NCBI RefSeq assembly: GCF_963921235.1
Contig: NC_086097.1
Coordinates: 146,136,001-146,200,000 of the forward strand
Origin: Mobula hypostoma
Lineage: Eukaryota
Reading direction: 5' to 3'
Length of the DNA stretch: 64,000 nt
The notes beneath the pieces were generated by a model, which saw only the letters and a program-made list of their open reading frames with translations, was not told the origin of the DNA and searched no databases. Position 1 is the stretch's first letter, and each line of letters begins with the position of its first letter. Below are positions 34,918 to 48,922 of this stretch, in pieces. Made by a program: the position numbers and the translations under genes.

Positions 34918-37900
34918 TCTTTCAATATTTTTATTAATATTACATAAATTGCATGAATACAAATACAGAATTCATAAGGATACAAGTAAGTAATACGAAT
35001 TACATTACTTTTAAATCACAGTAATATGGTCTCAATATCCCATATTCCAAATCAATCATGTAGGGAAAAAAGATTGAATTATGGCATGAAATAAAATAAA
35101 ATAATTTTATTATTAAAAAAAAATCTACCCCCACTACCAAAATGAGCTGGTTGGTTTAAAAAAAAGAGAAGAAAAAAATACCTTACCATATAATAATATT
35201 ATTATAATAATGGCTCAGATCCATACTTTAATAATAGTTCAAAGATTATGAAAATAACTCTGAAAGGGTCCCCATTACATTAGAAAATCGTGTTTAGAAT
35301 CAGAAATCGAACAACGAATCTCCTCTAGATCTAGGCATAATATAACATCAGATAGCCATTGAACAGGAGTAGGCGGGGCAGCCTCCTTCCACGTGAGCAA
35401 GATCGCCCTCCTGACCGTAAGAGACATAAAGGCCAATACCCACAAATTAGATGGCTTCAATTTTGTAGCACTATCCTCAACAACACCAAACAAGGCAGTC
35501 AAAGGATTGGGCTTAAAGCTGACATTGAAAAGTGCAGAAAAAGTTTGAAGTACATCTTTCCAAAAATTTTCAAGGCTTGGACATGTCCAAAACATATGAA
35601 TTAGTGTGGCCACTCAATTAGTACATCTATCACAGTAAGGGGAAATATCTGCGCAGAAACGAGAGCTTGTCTTTAGACATATGAACTCTATGTACCACTT
35701 TGAATTGTAATAAAGAATGACGAGCTCATAATGATGAAGAATTAGTCAATTCTAAAATAATCTTCCAGCTCTCTTCAGATATGAAAATCTGGAAGTCTTT
35801 TTCCCAGTCTCCTTTAATTTTAGCTAAAGAAGCCTTTTTCAGTTCCAACAGCAGACCGTAAGTGTAAGATATTGAACCGTTGTCAAAGGGTTTCAGATTA
35901 AAAGTTGTATATTATATTCTTATCTGGACTTGCAGGAAATGTATGTAATTGAGATCTTAAAAAGTCTGTAATCTGTAAGTAACGAAAAAAGTGGGTACTG
36001 GAAGGGTTAAATTTCATTGAAAGTTGCACAAAAGAAGAGAGAGTCCCTCTATCAAACAAATTCTGAAATCATTTAATACCCAATCTATCCTATTCTTTAA
36101 AAGATAAGTCAATTATAGATGGTTTAAAAAAAAACTAGAGAAGATGGGATTCGAGAGGGAGAATCTCAATAAACCGAAATGTTTTCTAAATTGTAACCAA
36201 ATCCTCAAAGTATGTTTGACCACCACATTGTCAATTAGTTTATTTAAAGATAAAGGAAGTGAGGATCCAAGTAAAGAAATAATGGAAAATTTCATAAGAG
36301 TTGACTTCCAAAGAGACCCATATAGGATAATTCTCATGGTTAATGCAATATGTCCAGAACGTAATATTTCGTATATTAACTGCCCAATAACATAACCTAA
36401 AATTGGGTAAGGCAAAGCCTCCATGCTGTTTGGTTTTTGAAGGTGAGTTTTATTTATTTGAGGCTTTATTTATTCTGCCATATATAGGAAGAAGTAATTG
36501 AATCCAAAGAGTCAAAGAAAAAAGATTTAGGAATTAAAACAGGCACAGCTTGAAAAAGGTATATAAATTTAGGTAAGATATTCATTTTAATGGAATTAAT
36601 TCCGCCAATCAGTGATAAAGAGAGAGGCGACCAATTAGGAAGTGTTTTTTTTAACATAATTCATTAAAGTTAAAAAATTTTCCTTAAATAAATCTTTATA
36701 ATTCTTAGTAATTGTTACTCCTAAATATGTAAATTGTTTTCTTAGAATTTTAAAAGGAAGGTTAATATCAGTTGGTATTAAATTGTTTAAAGGAAACAGT
36801 TCACTCTTATATAAATTTAATTTATATCCTGAGAACTGACTAAAATTAGTCAGTAAACAGAACACAGATGGTAAAAAGGTTCTAACATTAGATATAAAAA
36901 GCAATAAGTCATCAGCATATAGCGACATTTTATGAATAGTACCTCTTCTTAAAATACCAGTGATCTCTTCAGACTCTCGAAAAGCAATTGCTAAGGGTTC
37001 TAATACCAAATCAAAAAGCAGAGGGCTCAAAGGACAAACTTGTCTAGTCCCACGTTGGAGTTTAAATGATTTAGAATTCTGAAGATTAGTAAGAACTTGA
37101 GCGGAGGGAAATAAATGAAGTAATTTAATCTAATGAATAAAATTAGGTGCAAAATTAAATTGTTCTAAGGATGTAAAAGGATAATTCTATTCAACTCTGT
37201 CAAAGGCCTTCTCCACATGCAAAGATATCACACATTCCGATATTTCCTTAGATGGAGAATGCATAACATTTAACAAACATCATATATTAAAATGGGAATA
37301 TTGATTTTTAATAAATCCTGTCTGATCATCCAAAACTATAGAAGATGTAATATTTTCAAGTCTGTGAGCCAACACTTTAGATAAAATTTTAGTATCAAAA
37401 TTGAGTAAAGAGATAGGTCTGTACAAAGAACATTCAGTAGGATTCTTATTCTTTTTAAGAATAAGCGAAATAGAAGCTTCGTAAAAAGACTACGGTAACC
37501 TTCCTACATTAAAGGAATCTGTAAGGGTAGAACATAAATGTGGTATAAGCAAGGAGGAAAAAGCCTTATAAAACCCGCCAGAGAATCCATCGGGTCCTGG
37601 GGATTTCCCAGAATGCAATTCTCAAATAGCCCGAGCGATTTCCTCCTGGGAAATAGGTTGATCCAATTGCCTAGGATCATCTGTCGAAAGATTAGGAATA
37701 TTTAATTGATCTAAAAAATTATTCATTGCAATATTATCGTTAACAGTCAGAACTATACAATTTGGGATAAAATTCCCTAAAAGTGTCAGTAATTTCAAAG
37801 TGGTCAGTTGTCACGTCCCCATTAATTTTATGTATTTCTTTAATTTGCCGCTTGGCTATAACTGGCTTCAATTGATTAGCCAGTAGCTTACCAGTTTTAT

Positions 37901-38120
37901 CTCCGTGAATATAAAATTGACTTCTATCTTTTAAAAGCTGGCTTTCAATTGGATACGTTAAAAGAAGATCATGTTTAGTTTTGGTTTCAATACGTCTCTT
38001 GTATGTTTCAGGATCGGGTACCGAAGCATATTTATGGTCCAGTTGTTTTAACTGATTGGCTAGTTCATTTCTCTCTTTGTTAGCTTTTTTGATGATGTTT
38101 TCAGTATAAGAAATAATTTG
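34918..38120 (-). mobile_element. L1-clade LINE, 5'-truncated ORF2 (RT and C-terminal zinc finger), decayed
   Basis: Motifs SPLLFDLVLEPLA, SLYADDLLL, FTYLGV, NILPKFIYLFQ and HMFWTCP. Perfect 17-bp TSD acagtatgaaaggcatc (34901-34917 and 38121-38137). Confidence 0.95.
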
Positions 38121-38203
38121 ACAGTATGAAAGGCATCAAAAGCATAGAATGCTGATAAGAAAGAACAGCGAATAAAAATGGAGGGGGAGGAAACTAAAGA
38201 ATA

Positions 38204-38507
38204 AAGATTAGCTTTGTTTGTCAGATATACATCGAAACATCAAAACATACAGTGAAATGCATCAATGACCAGTACAGTGGGAGGATTCTGAGGGCAGCCG
38301 CCAAGTGTCGCCATGCTTCCAGCGCAAACAACTCACAAACGCTAACTAACCCGTATGATTGTTTACGTGTGAAGAAAGCAGAGCACCTAGTGGAAGCCCA
38401 TGTAGTCATGGGGAGAATGAACAAACTCTTTACAAACAGTGGAAGGAACTAAACCCCGATCGTTGGTGCTGTAAAGCATTATACTAGCCACAATGCTACT
38501 GTGCTGT
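38204..38507 (-). mobile_element. tRNA-derived V-SINE-like element
   Basis: Minus strand has a tRNA-like head with A/B-box remnants, a gagtttg..ttctccccatgact..tgggcttcc V-type core and a tail. Confidence 0.65.
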
Positions 38508-38669
38508 TTGCAGGAACAAACATTTGTACATGCATTAGACTTTTTGAATTAAATAATATTATGCGACCATTAATAAGGGTGTCCACAAATCACGAATTTA
38601 TAACCCAGGGTTGGACTGTAGGTAATTTATCTTAAATAAGGAGGTATTTCAACAGTACCAATTTGTGCT

Positions 38670-38930
38670 CAGTCAGCTTCATCATTGGAACTAGCCTCGC
38701 CAGCATCCAGGACATCTTCAAGGAGAGAAGCCTCAAATAGTGGCATCCATCGTTAAGGACCCCCATCACACAGGACATGCCCTCTCCTCATTGCTGCCAA
38801 CAGGGAGGAGGTACAGAAGCCTGAAGGCACACATTCAGCAATTCAAGAGTAGCTTCTTCCCCTCTGCCATCAGATTTCTGAGTGGACATTGAACCCATGA
38901 ACACTACCTCACTACTTCTTTTCTCTTTTT
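38670..38930 (+). mobile_element. Rex1/Babar 3' fragment
   Basis: Matches the reverse complement of 940-1180. Confidence 0.8.
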
Positions 38931-39395
38931 GCCAGTGATATTAAACCTGTTTTTGATTCTATGCCATGGACACAATGCATGTTATCAACACAGAAATTAA
39001 CAATATTTCTTATAGACACTTCTATCTTCAGTACCTTTTGTAGATTTTCAAGACCCAGCAAAATGATTTGATGACCCACAAGAAAGAAACACTTGCTGCA
39101 GAAGAGCCAGTCCAAAGCCGAGAGGTAGACAAGTTTGGGACGGTTGGCTGCAATGCACTGATGAGTTTTATGTCAGAGGAGCCATAGTGGGAGGTGACTT
39201 GTTACTCTCGCAAAAGGGATATCTATGTCCTGAATCGACACACCAGAAAACCTCTTAAGTAACTGTACTGATAATGGGCCAGCAATCCACTGGCACTCAA
39301 ACTGCTTTACCAGTATTTCACTCTAGAGCCAGAGTTGAGAGATCCTGATTTGCAGGTGTCTGGTCCCTGTCACCTTCAGAGGCCAGGCACAGTCA

Positions 39396-39477
39396 GAGTG
39401 GGATTCTGCTCATGACGGTCGGAGTGGGATTCAGATTCTGCTCACGACCATCGGAGTGGGATTCGGTTCATGATGGG
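39396..39477. repeat. Short imperfect tandem repeat (three copies of the gagtgggattc core)
   Basis: Cores at 39396, 39422 and 39454, with related intervening sequence. Confidence 0.7.
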
Positions 39478-41071
39478 ATGGTTTGTGAGTAGGTAGTGTA
39501 GGGCACCAAATCAGGGCACATCAACATCTTTTTGCTCCACGGACAAGCTGCTTATGGCTTGACATCCCTGCATCTATCAACAACAGCAATCTGCTCTTGA
39601 ATGCATCTCTGTTCTATAAGGGACACCCAGCTGCTCCTCACTAGTAATTCACTTTGATTTAGACTTCCTGCGTGGGAGAAAACAGGCCTCTTGATGTTTG
39701 AAAGCAACACATTTTTGTTTTGCTTGATCTGCCTCTAAATTGTAGCTGTTAACTGAACAGATCATTTCCACTTTCAGACAGGAGATCCTGACACCATGCA
39801 AAGCATCTGACTATTTCAGCCTTGTCCTGAAAGCAGATGAAATGTAATGCTCACCTGCTTTTTCCGAGGCTGTCCTGATGCACACACCTCCCTCTGGTGA
39901 CCCCTGCACTGAATTTCCCAAGCTGACTAGTGTCCTATCTGTCTCGCTGTGACACGTCCCTCGCACCTAATGTGCTGACCCTTCATAATGCCAGTGAGTG
40001 AGTTAGTGGGAATAAGGTGTCAACCACAATAATAGATTTTGTTCTTCATCATCACCAGCCCCTGTCTTTTCGCCTCTATCTTGTGTCGCCTCCTGCTACC
40101 CCAGCCCTGTCTCCTCCTCTTCTGCAAAGGGGAAATGTGTCCTATCTTGATAACTTGTAAATGCACAAGTTGATTCGATTTGTAAGCTGAAGGCAAAACA
40201 CCTTTCTGTAGCTGTAGCAGCAAGATAGTATTGAGAGTTTCTGCTAGTGTTCAAATCCACTGGTGAATAATGAAATTTGATGACTGTTGAGAAAATACCA
40301 GGTAGACTAAATGTCGCACTTGTCTTTGAGCTGGTCTATGCCTTTCTACCAATAAGAAGCTGGATGGTCTCAGCGATCTGGCTCAACTGCTTGTGTATGT
40401 GGCCCCTCTTCTACCTTGCTGTCTTTGGGTCAATAGAAGAGATGAACATTATTAAGTAATATTTTCAATATTGTCCTAATATAAACTTCAGATCATGGTG
40501 TGCATGTGAACTTGTGTTTGTGTGCCTGAATAAATGTTAGAATTTTGTTCTGTTGATGTATAGTTCAACTTGGCATATCATGTGAAATTATTAAGTTCCT
40601 TGCAAGCTTATGGGGCATCTCACTCCTGGAATAGTTATTGTAGCTTCTTCCTGGCAGGGCCTTCCTTGAAGATATTGTCTCCCATTCCCTGCTCCTTCCC
40701 CACCACCTCTCATTATTAGCATTATTAGCTCTGCATGATATTGGAGATTAATATATTATCATGGTTAGAGATTTAACTAACTAACAAGAAATGCAATGGA
40801 TTGGTGATAGGTAACCATTTGGGATCAGTGCAGAGAAGGGAACTGAAGAATGTAACAAAACTTGTGAATGATAAATGGATAGGAAAGCAAACTGTGAGTA
40901 GGAGAAAGCTTGCAGAGAAATATCGATAGGTTAAATGAGAGGGCAAAAAGTTGATAAATGGAGTATATGTGGGCTAATATGAAGTTGTTCACTTGGAAGG
41001 AAGAATGATAAAGTGGAGAAAGATTGCAGGAGCTGTAGCACAAAGGGTTTTGAATGACCTTGTATATGAAC

Positions 41072-41455
41072 GGTTCAAAGGTCAAATTTAATGTCAGAGA
41101 AATGTATACAGTGTACATCTTGAAATGCTTTTTCTCCGCAAACATCCATGAAAACCAAGAAGTGCCCCAAAGAATGAACGACAGTTAAACATGAGAACCC
41201 CAAAGTCCCCCCCCTGCTCCCCCCTCCTGTGTGTAAGCAGCAGCGAGCAACAATCCCCCCCGCCCCCACCAGCGAAAACAAGTGCGCATTGGTACCATCA
41301 CCAAGCCCAAGCATGTGCTAAACAATAGCAAAGACGCAGACCAAAGTTACCCCTAAAGCTTCACATTTCATCTGAAATTCGACAAACCACAGGTTCTCTC
41401 CCTCCCTGGCAAGGGAGAGGGATGTGTCCCCCATTTTCACAGAAAGTTAGCATAC
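41072..41455 (-). mobile_element. Non-autonomous retroposon 3' part with a (TTTGAACC)-type tail
   Basis: Minus strand ends ctgacattaaatttgacctttgaacc, and the element interrupts the CR1. Confidence 0.5.
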
Positions 41456-41599
41456 AGGTATATCAGATAATTAGGAACCTAATGAAATGCCTCTCTTGGA
41501 ACCATCCTCCTCATGTAATGTCACCCCTTGAAAATATCGTTCCCCATTCCATGCTCCTTCCCCTTTACCTCTCAGTGGAAACAAAACTAATGAACTGCT

Positions 41600-42367
41600 T
41601 CCTTTGAACCATCCCCATCTGTGAATACATGACTCCTTGGTAGAGAGAGTTAAGTACACCAAGATCCTGGGAGTTCACATCATGGATAACCTCACCTGGT
41701 CCCTTAATATCACATCCCTAAATAAGAAGGCACAGCAGCATCTCCACTTCCTAAGGAGATTGAGGCAATCAAAGCTCCCCACCCCACCACCCCACATCTT
41801 AACTGAATTTTGTTGGAGCACCATTGAGAGCGTCCTGACGAGTTGCATCTCCATCTGGTATTGGAGCAGCCGAATGTTGGATCAGAAGTCACTAGAAAGT
41901 TCTGTGAGAGGAAAATAGTGAAAGGAACACAGGGGTCTCCTTACCATCCAACAGGGACCTTTATCAGATGCACTGTGTACACAGGGCCCTTAGTATTATT
42001 AAGGATCCCACCCACCCATCCAGCATCCTCTCTGAGTTTCTACCATCAGGTAGGAGATTCCGATGCATAAAACAAGAAAGAAAAGGATGGGAAATAGTTT
42101 CTACCCTCGGGGCATTAGGCTTCTGAACTCTCAGCCACATCAATTTCCAAGTGTCATTGGTTAATCTGTTCTGTACCTGACAATATTTAATTTATGCACT
42201 TTCCTTTGTTTATTTATGCATAATTCTTCTGTAGATTTTTATTCTTACTATTCTAAGATACTGTGTGTTTTATGTGTGTTATGTGTACTACACCCTGGTT
42301 CAGCGAAACATTGTCTTGTTTGACAGTATACATGTATATAGTTAAAAGACAATAAACTTGACTTGTA
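41600..42367 (+). mobile_element. Rex1/Babar LINE 3' part
   Basis: Translates as VERVKYTKILGVHIMDNLTWS...KKAQQHLHFLRRL, with tail caataaacttgacttg. Confidence 0.85.
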
Positions 42368-44084
42368 TTTCAAGGGAGCTGGTGAGGAAGTGAGGAAGCC
42401 TTACTCCAGTTTTCCAAGTACTAGTGAGAGCTCTTCAAAAGTATTGTGAAGTTTTGACCTGCTTATTTAAGGAACAATATATTTTCACTGGAGATAGTTC
42501 AGAGAATGTTCACCCGGATGATTACAGTTATGGAGGGATGGTCTTGTAAGGAAAGATTGAAGAAGTTGGATCTATACTCAGGGAGTATAGACATATGAGA
42601 GGTGATCATGTTGAAACAAGAATTTTAGAGGGCTTGACAAGGTTAAAGTTCAAGCTTATTGTCATTGATATACTGTACATACCCTTGGGTATAAATGCCG
42701 TGAAAATTATACTTTTACAGGAGCTAATGCTGGACAGTTAATTTCCCTTGTTGGAGAGTTTAGGATCTGAGCACATAATCTTAGACTGAGGTGTGGTTAA
42801 CCTTTGCCTCTCAAAAGCTTGTGAATATTTGGAATTTCTTGCCACAGAGAACTGTAGTGGCTAATTCCTTGAATATATTCAAAGCTGAGATAAGGTAGAT
42901 TTTTGATCAGCATGGGAATTGATTGCTGAGGGAAGGTGTAGGACATGATGGAAGTTGGTTCAGCCTCGTTCTTATTGAACGCTGAAAACGACAGAGGGTC
43001 GAATGTCCTGCTCTTGCTTTTCAGATAATCTAGGACTGCTATATCTCACTGTGCTAACCATGTGCTCTTTCCCCAGTCCCCTTCTTCCCAGTCAGTTTAC
43101 TTTGTGTTGCTGCTGACTGGGTTCTGTGGGGAGTGTGCTTTTAAGGGTTAACACACTTGTGTCAATACTGTGTAGCAAATGTTTCCAGATGTGAGTGAAG
43201 TCACATTGAGAACCACCCAGGTCCCACTTACTCATGCTCCAGCATGCAAACTACCAAATCAATATCTTTAAATCATGTTTATATTGCACGCATTGCAATT
43301 AAGCACTGCCACTCTATGCAGCTGTGATTAGTGCAAAAAAAATGAGTGAAGTTGTTTTTGGGAAGAAAAATTTCCAAGTGACACTTCATGATCTTCAACT
43401 TTGTATTTATAATTTATTCAGAGAAAGTCAGTTATTTCAGTATTTAAATCATATATTTTATTAGACAGTAAGGAGCTAAAAATCAACAGGATGTGACAAC
43501 AGTACTATCAGAAGTCCTTAGTCCCAGGACTAAACTTTGAATTTTAACTCTACCTATTCATTGCTAACTTCAGCAAAAACATTGTACCAGAAAACTTAGG
43601 AAGCATGCAGAAGGTCAGAAACCATCTGTAACTTATTTGATTGTAATCTCTGGTGAAGAATCCCACAAATAGTTTCAACATTTCCCTTCTCTTTCTGATG
43701 TTGACCAAACTATTTGCAATGTTAATTGAATTTGGACTATCAGTATGTGCATGAGAGTATTTTGCAGAACTAAGTTGTGAGTGGTATTCATCATATCTTC
43801 ATGATGGTGCAAAGTCAATTAAAGGGCAAGTACACAGGGTCATCAAGGGCCTTTCATTATGTAGATCAGGTTATTTTACACTTAGTTTAAACAAGGCATC
43901 AAAGGATACAGTTCTAACACAGGCAAATAAGGTTCCTGTAGAGGAGCAAAAGGTCAGCATAGACATGGTTAACCACAGAGCCCGTTTCTGTGCTAAACAG
44001 CTCCATGGCTCTAAAACCAACCCAATATTTTGCACAATCCTTTACCTAGAGATTACCCGTACTACCAAATTTGCTGAACTCAGT

Positions 44085-44790
44085 TTCACAATGTGCAATA
44101 GCGGTCCCAGAACAGATCCTTGCGGAACACCGCTGGTCACCAACCTCCAGGTAGAATACATTCCATCTACAACTACCCTCTAGCTTCTCTGGGCAAGCAA
44201 ATTCTGAATCTACACAGCCAAGTTTCTGGATCCCATACCTCCTGTCTTTCTGAAGGAAACCTTGGGGAACCTTGTTGAATGTTTTACTAAAGTCCATATA
44301 CTCCACATCCACTGCTTGTTCTTCATCAATTTGTCTGGTCACTGCCTCAAAGAATTCAGTCAGGCTCATGAGGCATGACCAGCCTCTCACAAGGATATTC
44401 TAGCAATCCCTAATCAGACGATGCTTCCCCAAATGCTTGTAAATTGTTTCTAAGAATCCTCTCCAATAGTTTTCCCACCACTGAAGTATGACTCACTGAT
44501 CTATAATTCTGAGGATTATCGCTATTACTTTTCTTGAACAAAGGAATAACTTTTGGTACTCTCCAATCTTCTGGCACTGCTCCTGTGGATAGTGAGAATG
44601 CAAAAATCATCACCAAAGGTGTAGCAAACTCCTTACCTCTTCTAGTAACTGGAGTATCTCATCTGGGCCCAGGGACTTACCTATCTTAGTGTTTTATAAA
44701 AGTTCTACTATGTCCTCTTCCTTAACATCGGCATGTTCCAGCACATTCTACACTGCCCTCACATTCATCAAAGTCGCTCTCACTGGAATG
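44085..44790 (-). mobile_element. CR1 RT fragment
   Basis: Motifs VPEDWRVPKVIPLFKK, NYRSVSHTSVVGKLLE and VDVEYMDFSKTFNKVP. Confidence 0.85.
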
Positions 44791-45417
44791 CCTCACTAAT
44801 AAAAAAAGAAGAAAAAAGAAACTAAATAAGCAAGTATTCCAGCTCCTGTTTTTCTGTTTTTCTTTCAATTAGTTTCTGGAGTTACAAAACATAACAGTAG
44901 CAATGAGGAAGGTTTAAAATGAACCTGAGACGACTACCTACCTATTGAAGTGTAGCATGTTTTTCTTTGGAAGGGGAGAGAAATGTTTGAGTTAAAAAAA
45001 AAGGGCAGAAAATTAACAAGCCATGAGTACTATCATGTATTCATAAATAGTATCAGTTGATAATGATACATTTTTTAAAAAGCAGAAATGTCTGGCTATA
45101 TCGGAAAAATAGACATGTTCAATTGCAAAACAGGTAACTGGATGATGTATACTGAATGAATTGAGCAGTACCTTGAAGCAAATGAAATAGCCGATTAAAA
45201 ACGAGTGCCAGTGTTGCTGAGTGCAATGTGTGGAAAAGCACACAGTTTGCATAGAAGTTTAACTTCTCCAAGCAATTCAGCGGAAATCAGCTTTGCTGGT
45301 ATCATAATCATATTGCAGGAACATTTAGAACCAAAGCCATTGCTGATTGCAGGGCACTTTAGGTTTCATAAACATAATCAAAAGAAAGGGGGGCTTACAT
45401 TGCTGAATTGAAGAAAT

Positions 45418-45889
45418 TAGAAACATAGAAACATAGAAAATAGGTGCAGGAGTAGGCCATTCGGCCCTTCGAGCCTGCACCGCCATTTATTATGATCATG
45501 GCTGATCATCCAACTCAGAACCCAGCCTTCCCTCCATACCCCCTGACCCCTGTAGCCACAAGGGCCATATCTAACTTCCTTTTAAACATAGCTAATGAAC
45601 TGGCCTCAACAGTTTGCTGTGGCAGAGAATTCCACAGATTCACCACTCTCTGTGTGAAGAAGTTTTTCCTAACCTCGGTCCTAAAAGGCTTCCCCTCTAT
45701 CCTCAAACTGTGACCCCTCGTTCTAGACCTCCCCAACATCGGGAACAATCTTCCTGCATCTAGCCTGTCCAATCCCTTTAGGATCTTATACGTTTCAATC
45801 AGATCCCCCCTCAATCTTCTAAATTCCAACGAGTACAAGCCCAGTTCATCCAGTCTTTCTTCATATGAAAGACCTGCCATCCCAGGAAT
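45418..45889 (-). mobile_element. CR1 3' end (very young) inserted in Gypsy gag
   Basis: ORF 45515..45880 differs at only 2 aa from the end of ORF 54057..55553. Confidence 0.93.
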
Positions 45890-46380
45890 TGTCTGAGTAT
45901 TATCAGTTCAGTGGTGGGATTAAGGATACATTGAGAGATTGGTTAGATTATGAAATCTTGCAAGAAAGCATCAACAACGGCTCCTAACTGAAGCACAACT
46001 GTCATTCAAACAAGCCATTGATATCACTGTATCAATGGAAACAGCAACCAGAGAGTTGCAGTCAGGAAGAAAGTGAACATGAAAAAATTGCAATGTTTAA
46101 ATAAAATCTGACTGGCTGATCAAATTGTGCTACCATTGTGGCAGGGGCTCACATATTCAGACCAATGCAAGCTTAAAGGAGAAAGTTACAGAAAAAGCAC
46201 AAATAGAACACATACGAAGAGTATATTTGGCAGACAAAAATAAAGGGACTCCACAGGGAAGAGAGAAAGATAAAAAAAAAGTTAAGGTGCAGCTTCAAAA
46301 AGAGCACTAATCTGCATGCTGTTGATGAAAAATCTGATAATGATGAGAGAGACACAGGAATGAGCAGCCTTGAGATTTGA

Positions 46381-46505
46381 CGAAGGGTCTCGGCCTGAAA
46401 CGTCGACTGCGCCTCTTCCTATAGATGCTGTTTGGCCTGCTGCGTTCACCAGCAACTTTGATGTGTGTTGCTTGAATTTCCAGCATCTGCAGAATTCCTG
46501 TTGTT
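46381..46505 (+). mobile_element. Penelope pLTR truncated inside the hammerhead core
   Basis: Reads (tga)cgaagggtctcggcctgaaacgtcgact. Direct repeat agccttgagatttga at 46366-46380 and 46506-46520. Confidence 0.88.
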
Positions 46506-46861
46506 AGCCTTGAGATTTGATTTGTTAAAACTAACAACACACAAGCAAAATGGCTTACACCAGAAGTGAACGGTTAGTTAATTAAAATGGAATTGGTCAT
46601 TGGCTTGACTGTTTCAGTCTTTCCACAAAATGAGTTTGAATGGCATTTCAACCATACTAGACTGAAGCCTGCAGATATCCAACTAAGAACTTATACTAGA
46701 GAAAAGATAACTCCTGTGGGAATGACATTTGTAGCTGTGAAATACAACAACCAACAAGCCACATTGAGCATGTGTGTAGTAAAAACAGAAGGACCAGCAT
46801 TGAGGGGACATAATTGGCTGAGACAATTATAACTTGACTGGAGAGCCATCCTTCAATTATG

Positions 46862-48103
46862 TGACCAATTTTATCGAGCTTTACAAGGATGTTACCAGGA
46901 AAGTTGATGAAGACAAGGCAGTGGATTTTACCTACCAGGACTTCAGGGCATTTGACAACGTCCCACATGGTTAAGAAGGTTCAGTTACTTGGCATTCAAG
47001 ATTGCTTGTAAGTTAGATTAGACATTGGCTTGTGAGAGAAGCCAGAGAGTGGTAGTAGATGCTTGCCTCTCTGACTGGAGTCCTGTGACTAGTGGTGTGC
47101 TGCAGTGATTGGTGCTGGGTCTGTTGTAGTTTGTCATCCAAATCAACAATCTGGATGTTAATGCGGTTAATTGGATCAGCAAGTTTGCAGATGACACCAA
47201 GACAGGGAGTGTGCTGGACAGCGAGGAAGACTATCAAAGCTTGCAATAGAATCTGGACTAGCTGGATAAATGAGCTAAAAAATGGAAGATGGAATTTAAT
47301 GCAGACAAGTATGATGTGCTGCGCTTTGGGCGGACCTACCAGGGTAGGTCTTACACAGTGAGTGGTAGGTCTCTGAGGAGTAATGTAGAACAAAGGAATC
47401 GGGGAATACAGGTCCATATTTCATTGAAAGAGACATCACCAATAGGGTTGTTAAGAAAGCTTTTGACATATTGGCCTTATAGATAGAAGTATTGAGTACA
47501 GGTGTTGGGATGTTATGTTGAAGTTATATAAGACATTGGTGAGGACTAATTTGGATATTGTGTGTGGTTTTGGTCATCTATCTACAGGAAAGATGTAAAT
47601 AAGATTGACATTTTGAAAATGTCATTTTTGAAAATTAGTGAGGATGTAAGGAGGTTGCTGGGACTGGAGGACCTGAGTTATAAGATAAGATGGAATAAGT
47701 TAAAACTTTATTTTCTAGAACATAGATTGAGGGGAGATTTTCTAGAGATACACAAAATTATGAAGGGAATGGATAGGGCAAATGCAAACAGGCTTTTTCC
47801 ACTGAGGTTGGGTGAGACTATGACTAGAGGTCATGGGTTAAGGGTGAAAGGTGCAATGTTTTCAGGGAACATGAGGAGAAGCTTCTTAACTCAGAAAATG
47901 GCGAGAGTGGAACGAGCTCCCAGTGCAAGTGATGGATGCGATCTCAATTTCAATGTTCAAGAGAAATTTGGATAGGTGCATGGATGGGACAGGTTATGGT
48001 CCAGGTGCAGTCTGATGGGACAGGGCAGTTGAAACGATTTGGCGTGGACCGGAGGGGTCAAAGAGCCTGTTTCTGTGTTGTACTTTTCTAGGTCTCCATG
48101 ACT
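46862..48103 (+). mobile_element. Older CR1 LINE 3' part
   Basis: Motifs ISKFADDTK, MEFNADKYDVLRFG and TRGHGLRVKG. The 3'UTR is of the same type as the element at 63248. Confidence 0.88.
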
Positions 48104-48244
48104 AATAGGTGGGATAAGCAATCCTAACCTTAATCCTATCTGGAAACTCATAGAATCATAGCAATATGGAACACTAATGTACTGTAATCCTACATTAATC
48201 CCAATTTTTATACCCCCACTCTCTCATCAACTCCCTCAGATTCT

Positions 48245-48445
48245 ACCACTCACCTGCACACTAGAAGCAATTTTCATTACCCAGTTAAATTACCAAACGT
48301 CTATAGGACATGGGAGGAACTGAAGCACACAGAAAAACACCAGATGGTCATAGTGTGAAAATTTAAACTCTATAGGACAGTGACTGAGGTTGGGATTGAA
48401 CACACATCTCTGGTGTTGCATAGCAGCGGCTCCACTGTGCCCACG
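48245..48445 (-). mobile_element. Degenerate V-SINE-like element
   Basis: Minus-strand B-box-like gtgttcaatcc followed by V-core remnants. Confidence 0.45.
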
Positions 48446-48922
48446 GCGGTCGTATTGTATTCCTTGATTACGATGTTCCTGTTACAAATATCCGTCACTT
48501 TCCTCTCCTTTCACACTTTGCCTTCATGATTACTACCACACCCATTCATGGAATAGAAGCAATTGCATTACAGCAGTAGCTGCTAACTGAAAACCTGATA
48601 AAAAATGCAGACTTGCCATGCCCTTTATTTTCTCATAAACCACCAGCAGAGGGAGAGATCACACCACAGTTCTGTTAATTTTGAAATGCACAGGAATCCA
48701 TCACACTTTGGAATTTCTTCCTTCCCCGCTCCTTTGGAAAAGGCCGGTGATAACAGACAGGAACGCACCACCGATCCTGACCTGTGCTTTGTGCTCACTG
48801 CCAACTGTTCCTAAGAGCCTGACAGCTCTGCTGCCGCCTGTGCATGACCCAGCTGGCTGCAGTTAGCAAGCATTCACAGGTTAAAGAAAGTAAGGCTCTA
48901 CCAGTAAACAGCCCAGTAATCC

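Larger units (their letters stand above)
40730..43025 (+). mobile_element. Old CR1 fragments (about 40730-41070 and 42370-43025) with nested elements
   Basis: Degenerate 'agcttgcagagaaatatcgataggttaaatga' and 'gagatagttcagagaatgttcacccggatg' match the CR1 RT C-terminus. Confidence 0.6.
44800..46858 (+). mobile_element. Second copy of the same Gypsy family (partial 5' LTR, gag, protease), truncated
   Basis: LTR end ggagttacaaaacataaca at 44896 and gag ATG at 45088. Motifs LQEHLEPKPLLIA, CYHCGRGSH and MELVIGLTVSVFPQ (decayed protease). Colinear with 21700-23600. Confidence 0.85.

Noticed and set aside
38440..38507. tRNA gene
   Set aside because: A degenerate SINE head with no cloverleaf.
39396..39477. 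CRISPR-like array
   Set aside because: Only three 11-bp cores with mutually related spacers, in a vertebrate context; it is a simple tandem duplication.
43092..43190. Plus-strand exon with branch point and pyrimidine tract
   Set aside because: Stops occur in all three frames and there is no recognisable homology.
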